Source: Octopus sinensis
Lineage: Eukaryota
Length of the DNA stretch: 64,000 bases
Reading direction: 5' to 3'
NCBI RefSeq assembly: GCF_006345805.1
Contig: NC_043001.1
Span: 114,204,001 to 114,268,000, forward strand
The position numbers were made by a program, and so were the translations under genes. The notes under the pieces were generated by a model. The model did no database searches and was not told the origin of the DNA. It saw only the letters and a program-made list of their open reading frames with translations. Shown here one piece after another: positions 39,411 to 53,440 of the stretch (the first letter of the stretch is position 1; the number at the start of each line of letters is the position of its first letter).

Positions 39411-39800
39411 AATGCCCTGATGCAGTACCAGGCAGTGGCTCTCATGGCTTCTGATCTTAACTGATTGGAAGTGTTATCATGTACATTGTTTTGTCTTAGT
39501 ATAAAAGATGGGCTACAGCAAATATTCTGCTCAATACCACAGATTTGCTTGTCAGTTGTTTGACCTTAACCAGTTGAGCATGTCCCTTAGTGGCTGATGA
39601 TATGTGCATCTCTGATCACGAGAAGGTGTAGTGGGGGAGCGTCATAGCCATGTGTTGAGAGGGATTCTTTGGGGTTTGAATAGTTCACCTCTGGAAACAT
39701 GGGTGTTTCGTTCAACATCCTTAAAGAACCTTTATTCAGGGACCTTTTGAGCGGGATGGGTTACTCAACCTGAAGAAAATTCTAACTGGGCCCTACCTGC
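39410..39800 (+). mobile_element. (AAT)n-associated non-coding repeat E, 3'-truncated
   Basis: Reverse complement of 52555-52951; begins at the end of an AAT run and ends in (TA)n. Confidence 0.85.
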
Positions 39801-40343
39801 AAGGTCATTATATATATATATATAATATGTAAAACACAAAAGTCTCTTGGAGTGATTAACAGCTTGATTTTGGTGAAATGATATTGCTGTTTTTGTTGCC
39901 ATCGGTGGTGGTGGTGGTGGTGGTGACGATAGAGTTATGTCCAAGTACAACAAAGATAATTTTATCAGAGACTCTGGCTGTGGCCATCCTATATTTACAG
40001 GAAAAGTGAATTTCAAAAACAATTTTAAAGACACTTCAGTGTAGTACGGATAAATTTAACTTCTAGTTCTAAGAGATCTAAAGACGGAATATTCTTTCTT
40101 GTTGCTTCGGGAAGAGTGTATGTGAATCAGCAAAGTAGACACGAAATTGCATTTTACATGTATATTTCAGGAGACAAGGCTATAACAAATGCCTTTCATA
40201 ATTTATCCAGGATTCCTATATTCATCTTCAATCTAGAAAATTGTGGAGCCGGAAAATATTGGTAGGACTGCTATAGAAACAATTTTTCTCTGGCACACTT
40301 CATGCAGTCAATTCAAATAGATAGATAATGTGTGTGTGTGTGA

Positions 40344-40399
<56 letters not shown>

Positions 40400-41044
40400 T
40401 ATAGAGGGGGAGAGAGAGGCTGAAAGAGAGAGTGAGAGAAGGAAAGAGAGAGATAGAGAAGGACAGACAGACAGAGATCAACTGCTGATATCTAATGGTA
40501 ATATTTATAGTGACAGTTCGGATAAACGGCAACGTTGTCCTAGGCAAGTTTTGAACCTGGATAGCTGGTACAAGAATACCAATAGATTATATATCACCAT
40601 CTAAAGACACCAGCGATTCTCCTCCTTTTATCCAATGAATAAATTCGAGTCGCTTCATTCCAGTATTCGAGATCAAGAGTGCAGCTCATTTTCCTTGCCT
40701 TGGTATCATTTTGTAAATGTTATCCAGATGCTAGCGTCTGAATCATATTAGTGACATTGATAACCATAATTTCATGCTATTTAAGTACTACAAGATTTCG
40801 TTCATACCGCATATCCACACACTCACACACATGCACACACACTCACAAACACAAACAAACACACACATACGTGCATAGACACAAAGCAATAAACATAAAT
40901 ATAATAAAATTCTTTATTATATATATCGGGTTTCTTATTTGCATCAGTGGCAAATACTACATTCTTTATCTTCATACAGAAAAAGCACTATGTGTATGTG
41001 CGCGTGAACGTGTGTATGTGGATGCGCGTTTGCCCGTGTGTAAG

Positions 41045-41082
<38 letters not shown>

Positions 41083-41292
41083 ATTTTATGGGACTTTATA
41101 CAATGTTAATTTTATACGTCTTATTGATGTATGTGTGCGAGTGTGAGTGTGAGTCACTGTGTGTACATGTGTGTGAGTGTGCATGTGCGTGTGTATGTAG
41201 GTTGGGATATATGTATATACATATTTGTATATACATATATATACACACATCTAGATATGTATATACACATACACACACATATATATATACAT

Positions 41293-41350
<58 letters not shown>

Positions 41351-42281
41351 GTATGAAGGTATCTTCAAGTGATTTGTTCCTCGTTAGGGCATATTACTGG
41401 TTAGAAAGTTACTGCCGGTTTTGCGCCGATTATTGCACCTAACCGTAATCGCCCACTCTTCAGACATTCACTGCCTGAAGAGTGGTCAGTTGTGCTTCGG
41501 TGCAAGGTTTAGCATGCATTCTCCGGTAGCATTCTGAAAAATAATATGTGATGGCCAGTAATATATTGCTCGACCATATATATGTATATAAAGGCTCTGT
41601 TACTCACAGTCAGGGTTTTTTTTTTCAGACTTATAAATATACAAGTAATATTCGTTTATTCTATTTTACATTAAACAACGGTCATACTGGAGCACGTCCT
41701 TGAAGAATTTTTAGTCGAATAAATGTCTACTGTAATTTAAAATATAAAAGATTGGTACTTATTTCCCTTGTTCACTTTGGCCGAACTCCTGTGCTACGGA
41801 TAATTAAAGACTCCAAGACAACTTGTCAAACCATGATGGGGGACAAACACAGATAGAAAGATAAAGACACACGCTCACACAAACACTTGCACGCACGCAT
41901 TTATATGTAAAATATATGAAAGAGAGATGCTAAAGGAATAAATGATAGTCTTAATCAGTTAATCCTTTGTCATCTCTCTTCTTACCGATCTACATTCAGC
42001 CAACACTTCGTTCTCAAACGTACATATATTAAATTCTACACCGCGGGTTCTTCGTCTCACAATGCTTGGAGACATACAATTGTCAATTAGAAATTAAAAT
42101 TGTTTTAAACTTGATATTATATTCTATTATATTCTTATGATAGTATAATATAATATAATATAATAAATAAATAATTAAGACAAATTACATACAATTGTTT
42201 CGATTCTAATCCATAATAAAATTATAAAAATCCATTGTTTGTGGGTAAGAATCTCTTCAGTGTTATTTATGACACACACAT

Positions 42282-42369
<88 letters not shown>

Positions 42370-42422
42370 GTGTGTGCGTGTATGTGTATGGATAAATGGA
42401 TGGATGGTTATGCGAATGTATT

Positions 42423-42463
<41 letters not shown>

Positions 42464-42817
42464 AAATTGAGATAGGGGTTGTAAATGCAACCCTCCATGG
42501 GATAACATATATCCAATATACTGCTAGTGAAGTACCCAACAAAGTTAATACATAAATATTAATGATTGCGATGCAATCAATACAAGATAAGAAAATGGAG
42601 AAATACATCTAATTCTCTTTTATATATATTCTACTTATTATACAACATTACTCTTTTATGTACACTTTTTTATGTACACTCCTTTATGTACACTGATTTG
42701 TTCTGCTTTTTATATTTAACCCTACAGTCTCTTATGTGGTGGTTTAATAAAGTATGTGATTGAGTATTATCTGGTAATTGATGTTTGATTTAGATGTATT
42801 TCTCCATTTTCTTATCT

Positions 42818-42856
<39 letters not shown>

Positions 42857-43195
42857 ATTTGGTCGGCTTTTATACAATGTGCATTTCATTCTTATTATTC
42901 GATATTTCTAGCTTAAGTTTAATTTGTCTGGAGAAAATGGAGAATGGTACCGACTTGATGTCTTTTTTCCGATATGCTAGAATGTATGCGTAACCTGCCC
43001 TAACTGATAATGTTAAAACAATCATTATTCTTTGATTATTGTAGTCTGCTGTTAAGAAATACGTACGCCATAATATTGAGAATGTACCGCTTGAACCTCA
43101 AATCACCTGAGGTTGGTTCAGTTCACTTAATGTTAACCTAGCAGTTTAACTTTCTCCAGGTGCTTCCTGACGAATATATTTGATTGGATGCTTAC

Positions 43196-43373
43196 CTTGA
43201 TGTCGATTTACATTTTGCGGATGGTGCTTCTGATGGAGGAGCCATCACATTTATTGCAGACATTTCATACAACACGTAGACACTCGAGCATATGTCGATA
43301 TTGCTAACAGGGTAGCTGACCAGTGCGTAAACGCTGTTGCTGTCCTCAGATCTTCAGGGGGATTTCCAGGCAG
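43196..43373 (-). other. Candidate 178-nt exon, possibly 5'UTR plus start (MSAINVMAPPSEAPSAKCKSTS)
   Basis: Acceptor ctttattccttttttggcgttcag and donor AAG|GTAAGC; ATG at 43263. No homology recognised; all three full-length frames contain a stop. Confidence 0.25.
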
Positions 43374-43440
43374 CTGAACGCCAAAAAAGGAATAAAGATG
43401 GATTCCATTCTATATCGTCCTTTCTTCAAAATTTAAGGCC

Positions 43441-43517
43441 CTCTTCTTCTTCTTCTTCTTCTTCTTCTTCTTCTTCTTCTTCTTCTTCTTCTTCTGCTTC
43501 TTCTTCTCCTCCTCCTC

Positions 43518-43548
<31 letters not shown>

Positions 43549-44052
43549 TCTTCTTCTTCTTCTTCTTCTTCTCCTCCTCCTCCTCCTTCTTCTCCTTCTT
43601 CTTCTTCTTCTTCTTCTCCTCCTCCTCCCTCTTCTTCTTCTTCTTCTTCTTCTCCTCCTCCTCTTCTTCTTCTTCTTCTTCTTCTTCTTCTTCTCCTCCT
43701 CCTCCTCCTCCTCCCTCCTTCTTCTCCTTCTTTTTCTTCTTCTTCTTCTTCTCCTCCTCCCTCTTCTTCTTCTTCTTCTTCTTCTCCTCCTCCCTCTACT
43801 TCTTATTCTTATTCTTCTTCTTCTCCTCCTCCACCTCCCTCTTCTTCTTCTTCTTCCCATCCTCCTTCTTCTTCTTCTTCTTCTTCTCCTTCTTCTTCTT
43901 CTTCTTCTCCTCCTTCTTCTTCTCCTCCCATCCCCCTCCTCCTTCTTCTTCTTCTTCTTCTCTTCTTCTCCTTCTCCTCCTCCTCCTTCTTCTTCTACTT
44001 CTTCTACTCTACTTCTTCTCCTTCTCCTTCTCCTCCTCCTCCTTCTTATTCT
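43441..44052. repeat. ~610 bp (CTT/CTC)n polypyrimidine tract
   Basis: Direct reading; explains ORFs 43337-44122 and 43546-44574. Confidence 0.97.
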
Positions 44053-44104
44053 TGCTGCTGGTATCATCATCATCATCATCCTCATCATCATTCTTAGAAT
44101 ATTT

Positions 44105-44250
44105 GGAAGAGTCGTCTGGTGACATTTCTTCCGGATCATTTCCTTCCGAAGTGAAATTCCGCCGAGGTCAATTTTGCTTTTCATTCCATCGGAACTGATA
44201 AAATGAAGTTTCAGTGGAACATCAGGTGTCCTGGTATCGACAAACTCTCT
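44105..44250 (+). mobile_element. SINE family B, degenerate
   Basis: gtgaaattccgccgaggtcaattttgcttttcattcc...gataaaatgaag. Confidence 0.5.
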
Positions 44251-44287
44251 CTTCTTAAAAACTTCAGCCTTTCTACCTACATCAGTA

Positions 44288-44379
44288 ACTATCATCATCA
44301 TCGTCGTCATCAAAGTCGTCATCACCTTTATCATCATCATTATCATCATCGTCGTCGACAGCTTCATCGACGGCAGCAA

Positions 44380-44453
<74 letters not shown>

Positions 44454-44522
44454 ACTGTAGTTGTAGTAGTAACTGTAGTTGTAGTAGTAGTAGTAGTAGT
44501 AGTTGTTGTTGTTGTTGTTGTT
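44288..44522. repeat. Compound (CAT)(CAG)(TAG)(TTG) trinucleotide tract
   Basis: Direct reading. Confidence 0.95.
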
Positions 44523-45527
44523 TTTGTTGCACCTGAACAAAAAGAATATAAATGAGTCGTCGAACTCTGATCAAAAGAAAGTCTATGATCTACACACGGC
44601 CCTCAAGCTCCAGAAGGTCTGACGGACGAACTTCTTTGAAAATAATAGATAAAACGTTCGGAAATTGTCGCTTAGGAAAGGCATGACATAGAATAAATAT
44701 CGATTACCGGTATTGGAAGATTTCAACAGGGAATCCTGGAACCATTTGCATCAAACGTATACTTGACAGATATTTTAGTTTATCGATCTCTTAAGACGGA
44801 TGAAGAAAGTTGATCACATCGGGATTTGAACTCACAATATAAAACGTTAGAATCACATAGCGCTGAGTATATCTTTTCTGAACGCTATCGGTTTTGCTTA
44901 TCCACCGTGCACCCGGGCCCTGCAAAATGATTATTAGTTAGCTGTCTAAGATAACAAACATCAGTCAGGAGAGTAAAACTTTATACCAAGCAGAAAAACC
45001 GATAATGTTATACTATCTATCTTCCAAGTTTAAACAGATATGTAGTTATTTAAGAGTACTGTGATAGTGTAATGCACATATATAGACATCTTGCGGAGGC
45101 TGTACGTAGATTTCAGGGTGAGAACATTTCAAGGTTAAGTGAAAATCAGAGAAACAAGAAACGAGTTTCTAAAAAGAATTGTTACAGATCGAGTTTCAAC
45201 TACCCGAGTGAGTTAAACATCTAAGCCTCCTACACATGTTACTTACTTTGTAACATATGTAAAATATATGTATATGAGAGTACACATATTAATACATAAT
45301 AAAAGTAATGTATATTTAAGGAGAGGTGATTGACTATAAGTTTAATCGCATAATGATGTGTGAATAAATGCATACATACATGTATCTATATACGTGTGTG
45401 CGTGTGCGTATGTACGTGTGTCTATAAACACATCTTCGTATGCTTACATATTTTCACGTATATGTTTATATATATATATATATATATATATACAGAGAGA
45501 GAGAGAAAGAGAAAGAGCGAGAGTGCG

Positions 45528-45570
<43 letters not shown>

Positions 45571-45994
45571 TAATATTATGTATGTATGTGTGTATATATA
45601 TATGTGTGTATATGTATATATATATGTATGTGTGTATATATATATTGTTTGTATATGTATATTTAATATGTATATATGTATCATAAATATGTGTATGTGT
45701 GTGTGTGTGACGGGAAGAGGAGGTTACATAATTCTTGAGTGTTCCCGTGTTTGATCCTTAAAATTCATGAAGTTAATTTATTTTCAATTCAATATTTCTT
45801 TAGTTTACTAAGGTCATCTAAGGTCATCTAGAAATACTTGATCGTATTTTATATATAGCAGCAGAATTCGTTTTATTAATTGCCATATTTTATTTTGAGC
45901 AGCAAGTGCTCTCGCTGAGTTTTAATTGTTTTCACTTGTACGTTCAAGTCAATTATAACACCTCGTAACTATTGCCTCTTTACTTGAGTGAGTA

Positions 45995-46370
45995 ACTCTC
46001 TTTACTCTTTTATTCTTTTACCACCTTTAGTCGAGCAAATCGACCCCGGGACTTATTCTTTGTAAGCCCAGTACTTATTCTAACGGTCTCTTTGCCGAAC
46101 CGCTAAGTGACGGGGACGTAAACACACCAGCATCGGTTGTCAAGCAATGCTAGGGGGGACAAACACACACACACAATATATATATATATTATATATATAT
46201 ATATACATAATTACAGGCTTCTTTCAGTTTCCGTCTACCAAATCCACTCACAAGGCATTGGTCGGCCGGGGCTATAGCAGAAGACACTTGCCCAAGATTC
46301 CACGCAGTGGGACTGAACCGGAACATGTGGTTGTTTGCAAGCTACTTACCAAACAGCCACTCCTGCGCCT
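45995..46370 (-). mobile_element. SINE family A, near full length
   Basis: Shares ctttagtcgagcaaatcgaccccggg and gctaagtgacggggac with the 7763 copy. Confidence 0.9.
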
Positions 46371-46666
46371 GTATGTTAATTTACGGATTGTATTCTCTAA
46401 TTAATTAAGTATGTTTTGCTAACCTGATTATATCAGCGTCGATCACTCAGATACATCTAACAGCATGGTCGAAAGAAAGGCCCTTATAGAAGGAAAATAC
46501 ATATATACAAAGTATGGAGTTAGTTCATAGGTGATCTAAACGATAGGTGCGCTAGGTAAGTGCTGTAACAGATACCTGGGGCTCCAAGGTTATAGCCGAG
46601 ACGGTAGCCATGGAGCCCTCGCAGAGTTCCGATGCAGCGGATATATAATTGTTAAACAGGACGTGA

Positions 46667-47056
46667 AACATTAAGGCAAGGCAAATATCTCAAGTCATAT
46701 ACAATATTATTATAGGAAGAAATTTAAAATCTTACAGCTGTTTCTTGGATATCCCTGGGTATGGGATATTCCGTCATCGGAAACAAATAGGGGAAAAAAT
46801 ATAGAAAATGAGAATGGTATATACCAATGAGATGACAACATATGTTGTTTCATTCCATTTCCTTTTTTTTTACTCCCTTCCTCTATAATGTCATCTTATT
46901 CATACATACCGTTCTCATCTTCTATATCTTTTCCCCTATTTGTCTCTGATCACGGAATATCCCATACTCGGGAATATCCCAGAAGCAGCTGTAAGATTTT
47001 GAATTTCTTCCTATAATATTGTATATGACTCGAGATATCTGCCTTGCCTTAATGTT
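46667..47056. repeat. Long imperfect inverted repeat (arms ~46667-46840 and ~46886-47056), each arm with a hammerhead-like motif
   Basis: aacattaaggcaaggcaaatatctc...agaatggtat pairs with ataccgttct...gagatatctgccttgccttaatgtt. Confidence 0.9.
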
Positions 47057-47934
47057 CGACTATTATATATATATATATATATAATACAGTCTTTGTGGTA
47101 AGACGATTTGACATCTATCCCTAGCGTCTAGGAATCCACTTTAGTGGGCATTCTTCCTATTAATTGTAATATAATTTTTAAATATTCGGATTTTTTTCAA
47201 TATGCTAGACCACTGTTTTAAATTGATGTTAATTGATTGATATCAATTTCTAACCTCTTTATTTTAATTATATATATATATATGTACGTATGGTATATGA
47301 TTTTATGTATGTTGGCAGTAAATTACCACAATCATTATGGAGTCGGAGAATAGGTGTTACGGTATGTATTTCGGATTTACTTTCTAAGTTCAAATCCCGA
47401 GAAAATAAAATATCATAGCTGTAAAAAATTGAGTGAGATTTTTTTTTATATTTCATTGTAACTCATGTCTTGAAGAAAAAGGTATTCTATCCTGTTACTG
47501 ATAGTTTTACCTCTCCATGGAACCTTCCTCTACTATGATGCATTAAAGTACCTGGTTTATTTCTTTGTACTTCAAACATAGCAGCTGACTATTAGCAACA
47601 GTCTAACAGAGTGCTCCACGCAAAACATAGATGTAAACACACAAATACTTTAAGACTTGGTCGAAGGTAATTCTCATAAATCTTAGTCAAAATAACCTGA
47701 CGAATTGCACGCCTTCTTGACAAAGTCACCAAAGGTAACTCAGGAGGTGAATCAAGAGTCGCCTTCAAACGAAATGTTGCCTTCCAACCAACAAACCTGT
47801 CAAACCTTTTAACGCAGAAATTATGAATCAGGGAAGAACAAACATGTTCATGACCGTAAATGATAATTTCTTGGGAAATCTGACGAGTATTATCTAGAAG
47901 TCAATGTGTGAGTATGTGTGTGAAGATAGATACT

Positions 47935-48282
47935 CTTACTCTTTCACGCTCTTTTACTTGTTGCAGTCATCTGACTGTGGCCATGCTGGAGCACCACCTT
48001 TAGTCGAGCAAATCGACCCCAGGACTTATTCTTTGTAAGCCTATTACCTATTCTATCGGTCCCTTTTGCTGAACCGCTAAGTTACGGGAACGTAAACACA
48101 TGAACATCGGTTGCCAAGTGATGGTGGGGGAACAAATACAGACACACAAACACACACACACACACACACATATACGACAGCCTTCTTTCAGTTTCCGTCT
48201 ACCAAATCCACTCACAAGGCTTTGGTCGGCCCGAGGATATAGTAGAAGATACTTGCCCAAGGTGCCACGCAGTGGGACTGAT
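47935..48282 (-). mobile_element. SINE family A, head truncated
   Basis: Collinear with 7763-8110. Confidence 0.9.
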
Positions 48283-49163
48283 AAAGCAAAGAATATAGGA
48301 AAATGAGTGACAATTCATGATAATTTACTGATAACAGCAGGACTAAAAATATTATAGATCATCCATGTTATATTCTATATGAAATATATATTATACTCGA
48401 TATAAAATAAAATAGTCCAAAACGTCCAGAACCACAGCCTCCAACTTTTACATTGATGGAAAAGTTAGCATACTTGTAGTAATAAAAACAAAACTTATCT
48501 AACTCTCAAGGACCAAAGGTTGTTTCTTTTAAATAAATCCATATCTTAATGCATTAAGTTGAAAAGCCTAATAATGAAAACAATTCGTGCTGCACGAAGT
48601 TTTGTCAGTGAACAGGTCGCGGTCTCGAAGCGACGAAAATATTTTGACAAATTAAATTTAAATGTTGAAGTGAATCTAACGATTTTGTGTGTTTCTTAAA
48701 TGGCGTATAAACACCTTCCACGCTGCAATTGTTTTCGTTCCAGCACACGATCTCAGATCAAGTCACTCGCTCTGCAAGTACATCTCCGTAATTCCTAATA
48801 ATGAATCATTAATAAAAATAAACGAGGTACAGTCAACAGAATCATTTATAAAAATTCGAATTGAGGACTTGTAACAGCTAAATGTCCAAGCTGGATTTCA
48901 CACTCTCCAAATATTGACATGGCATGGGGATCACACATTGTAATGTAAATGAGTAGTATTTACGCTTTCCCTATCATCTGGAATTAAAAAAAACACTATG
49001 CTCAATGATAACGATATTTCAGTTATAATGCATACGGAACATCAATGCTTTTCAGTAACGTATACTTATCACATGTAAGCATGGGGAGACGAAATTCCAC
49101 AGTAAATTATATATTCTGTAAAGAGATATTGTTTCATTCTTCCCCCCAAATATAACTAAAGGG

Positions 49164-49470
49164 TGTTGTAGTTTGTTCCTTCTCGAGCCTTGCCTGGCTC
49201 ATAAGGGCTGGTTTCCCGGTTTCAATGGCTTATAGGTTATCCACCCAGATGGGACGACGGCCTGTCGCAGGTGAGCTGCTAGTAGCAGGAGGAAAGAGTG
49301 AGGGAAAGTTGTGACGAAAGAGTTAGCAGGGGTTCGTCATTACCTTCTGCCGGGGCCGCATGGAATTTGGGTGTTTTGTTCATAAATGCACATCGCCCGG
49401 TCTGAGATTCGAACTGCCGATCTCTCAACCGCGAGTCCGCTGCTCTATCCACTAGTCCATTTGCCTCCAC
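49164..49470 (-). mobile_element. SINE with family C head and a different tail; imperfect 11-bp TSD
   Basis: Head gtggaggcaaatggactagtgg...gttcgaatctcagacc; tail ...gagccaggcaaggctcgagaaggaacaaactacaac; ataactaaagg (49152) and ataaccaaagg (49471). Confidence 0.8.
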
Positions 49471-50246
49471 ATAACCAAAGGTTACCTTTCCTAAATATTC
49501 AATGCCTGAGACCTAAAAGTAATTGGTAACTGTAACACAAAATTAGTTATTTTATTAGATAAAATTTCAGAGAAAAATGACAGAATCCTACCTAACGTTA
49601 AAAGAAACTAATCAATATCGCATTTTGTGTTCTTAGAAGCTGGCCCTTCGTCGAGTGCAAATGACCAAATATCGTGCAATACGAAAACTGCAGGCGTTAT
49701 GCGAGCATGTAGCAGATGATATATTTTTGTTAATTTCTTTAATAGTTGCGAATAATTATAACCATCTTTTCAGCCATCCCATGCTTATCTTGAGAAAAAT
49801 CTCCCGGATATTACTAGCAGAGAGGAAAAGAGAGAGGGGGAGGGAGAGAGAAAGAGACACAGACAGACAAACAGACGGACGGTCAGATAAAGAGAAAGCT
49901 TGACAGAAAGAAAGAGAAGGTGGACGAATGAGAGGCTTTGTAACTTTCATTAAAGACCAGAGCCACTTAACAAGTAACAGCTTAGATATGGGCTCAGTTT
50001 AATCAAATAAAAGCCCCGCTTAAAATATTTCGATTCCTACGAATGCCGGGAAACCATTATATTTATATTTATAATTAATGACAACTAAATTTAGCACATG
50101 GATTGTAAGATTAGGGCAAGGTGCAGACGATATAAGCGACGCCATTTCTTTTTTCGTCTGGAACAGGTTTTATCTTCCACAGAAAGATAAAAATGAGTCA
50201 CAGTAGTTGCAGTAACAAATTCAACGTATATATATATGTATACACA

Positions 50247-50288
<42 letters not shown>

Positions 50289-50970
50289 TGTGTGTGCGTG
50301 TGTGTATATGCGAGTATGTATGTATTGATAGTGATATTGATATTTTAAACGCTATGCTATATCCATTACACTAATGTAACTTGACGGTTATTATTTTACA
50401 TCCGCTACTAGGTCTTCCTCATTTATTATATAGATATACATTATGGAAAATAGATAGCTTCCTTTACGGAAACAGTTCTGGGAAAACAAAAGCTCCTTCA
50501 CCATACATTTACAAATATGCTAACACACACACACACAAACGCATAAAAATATATTCACGTTTACATATGCACGAAAATATACAAAACTATACCATATACA
50601 TTATCGCAGTAAAATACTTATACATATGTATATACGTACACGTGCACACACACATTCATACACACTCACATACACTCACACACAAACAGAAATACGCATA
50701 CGCACGTGGAAATGTACATACACATGCATGGCATTCTTTTGCAATTTAAGAAATCTATCAAACAATTCCAACCAAAGTAAATTCGCAGAGATTCTTTTCC
50801 CTAAGGGAATCGTTGATTCATTGTTTCCTTTTACCGAACGGCTCATTCGTCCTATATGCCCGCAGTATATATGTATTTATACATGCATACATATATATAT
50901 ATATATACATACATACATATATATATATATACATATATATATATACATACATACATACATATATATATAT

Positions 50971-51009
<39 letters not shown>

Positions 51010-51188
51010 CATATCAGTGTGTGCAAACACACACATATATGAATATATGTATATCATATATATACATATATAATGTTAGTACATTCCTACATACACGGAA
51101 GTACGCGTGTGCGTATATAGCGTCGTGCTGTAAATAGATATCTAACGTTCGAAAATACAAAGAGATTTATAAGGCTTTACCGCTCCCT

Positions 51189-51229
<41 letters not shown>

Positions 51230-51389
51230 CCTCTCTGTCTCTCTCTCTTTCTTCTTCATGTCTCACATTTTCTCTTTGAGTATATGTATACCTATACGTT
51301 GGAAAAGTACATTTATGCGCACAGGTCTGTATGTATATGTAACTTTTCATACCGATATATGTTATATATATATATATATATATATATAT

Positions 51390-51433
<44 letters not shown>

Positions 51434-51607
51434 GCATGGCTATATATATGTGCATATATATATATATATATAATATATATATATAAATATATACATACAT
51501 ACATATATATGTGTATGTATGTATGTACGTATGAGTATTTTGCATACATAATATATATATATATCTTTATCTATATCTAACAGTCTCTCTATTTATCTAT
51601 CTATTCA

Positions 51608-51644
<37 letters not shown>

Positions 51645-52138
51645 CTCTATCTATCAATATTTATATATATATAACCTGACTCTGACATTGCCTATGGATT
51701 TGAGTATGGAAAATTTTGAATATGTTTATGTGGTTGCTTTTGAACAAACTTATATATGTTGTTTTTCCTCTCTAAATATAAATGTATTTATATATGTACA
51801 TTTGTGTATAAGTCTTACAAAGAAGAATATTGCTATATTTCTTGGGAAAAAGATGAGGAAGTATACGTCCAACGATGCACAGGAGTCATATTTCGTTCCA
51901 AGACTATAAAATAACCAGGCATCGAGTCACAGATAAATGAATGAATTTCAACCTAGACGAACAGAAGATTGTTTTACTTAATAGTGATATATACTCATGA
52001 TTAAGCAAAATTTCGAATCGTCTTTTGTTAAAGCAGTGATCCCCCACTCCAACCTTGGTAAATCACACTTCACCACGGCCTCCATTGAATGGTTTTCATG
52101 AATGCCCTTTTTAAGTTTTTCTAAAACAACGATAAACA

Positions 52139-52194
<56 letters not shown>

Positions 52195-52395
52195 TTTTTT
52201 CTTTTTCTTCTTCGTCATCTTCTTCTTCTTCTTCTCTTCTTCTTCTTCTTCTTCTTCTTCTTCTTCTTCTTCTTCTTCTTCTTCTTCTCCTTCTGTTTCT
52301 TCATCTTCTCATTATTAGTATTATTTGTGTCTCTGTGTAGCCATATCTAATTCTTTAAAGTAGAAAGGAATATTATTATTATTATTATTATTATT

Positions 52396-53017
52396 GAGTG
52401 AGAGAGCAGTGCATGCCATCAAAGTGACACTGGGGTAAAATATACGAAGCCCAGTATACCCATCATGACTACCCGTCTGATAAGGGTACACTAGGCACAT
52501 GCATCACAACCATATGTGCGCGACATGGTGATCTCATATCAAGATAAACAGCACATGACCTTGCAGGTGGGGCCCAGTTAGAATTTTGTTCTGGTCGAGT
52601 AGCCCATCCCGCTCAAAAGGTCCCTGAATAAGGGTTCTTTAAGGATGTTGAATGAAACACCCCTGTTTCCAAAGGTGAATTATTCAAACCCCAAAGAATC
52701 CCTCTCAACACATGTCAATGATGCTCCCCCACTACTTCTGCTCGTGATCAGAGGTGCACATATCGTCAGCCACTAAGGGGCATACTAACTGGGTAAGATC
52801 AAACAACTGACAATCGAATCTATGGTATTGAGCAGAATATTTGCTGTAGCCCATCTTTTATACCAAGACAAAACAATGTACATGATAACACTTTCAATCA
52901 GTTAAGATCAGAAGCCATGAGAGCCACTGCCTGGTACTGCATCAGGGCATTGCTCCCCCACTACTTCTGCTCGTGATTAGAGGTGCACATATCGTCAGCC
53001 ACTAAGGACATGCTCAA
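52396..53017 (-). mobile_element. Repeat E between (AAT)n runs, with an internal segment duplicated at its 5' end (copy 2 at 53673-54291)
   Basis: Matches 39410-39800; 52952-53017 repeats the internal block gctcccccactacttctgctcgtgat...gccactaagg. Confidence 0.8.
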
Positions 53018-53035
53018 TTATTATTATAATTATTA

Positions 53036-53092
<57 letters not shown>

Positions 53093-53099
53093 TTATTAT

Positions 53100-53440
53100 C
53101 ATGTTGACTTTTGCTTATATTTGTACAGTTGGCTCCAAGTCTCACCAGAGACCTCAAGAGACAACAGGGTTGGAAGTTCATGTTGTTGTTATGCCTAGTG
53201 CCATATATTTGGGGGGTGGGGATGTTGTACTAATGAATGTCTAAAAAAAAAAAGTTTTTGTTTTTTTTTTTTTTTTTAAACCGAAAATTATGGTTGTTTA
53301 AACTTGAGGTTACATAGAGAGTATTTTGCGTAGGATATGAGCAGTTCCATGAGCACTATCTTTTGAACTTCTGCATTTTTGGGTTTCTGGTATCTGAGTT
53401 AGGTAGCTATCAGCCCCTTTTGCTATCATTCCCAGGGCAT
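53100..53440 (-). mobile_element. R4/Dong-type LINE 3' fragment, copy 1 (frame broken by 1-nt deletions)
   Basis: Duplicate of 54378-54729. Confidence 0.7.

Noticed and set aside
43337-44574. The two longest ORFs (261 and 342 aa)
   Set aside because: Translations of CTT/CTC and TAG/CAT microsatellites.
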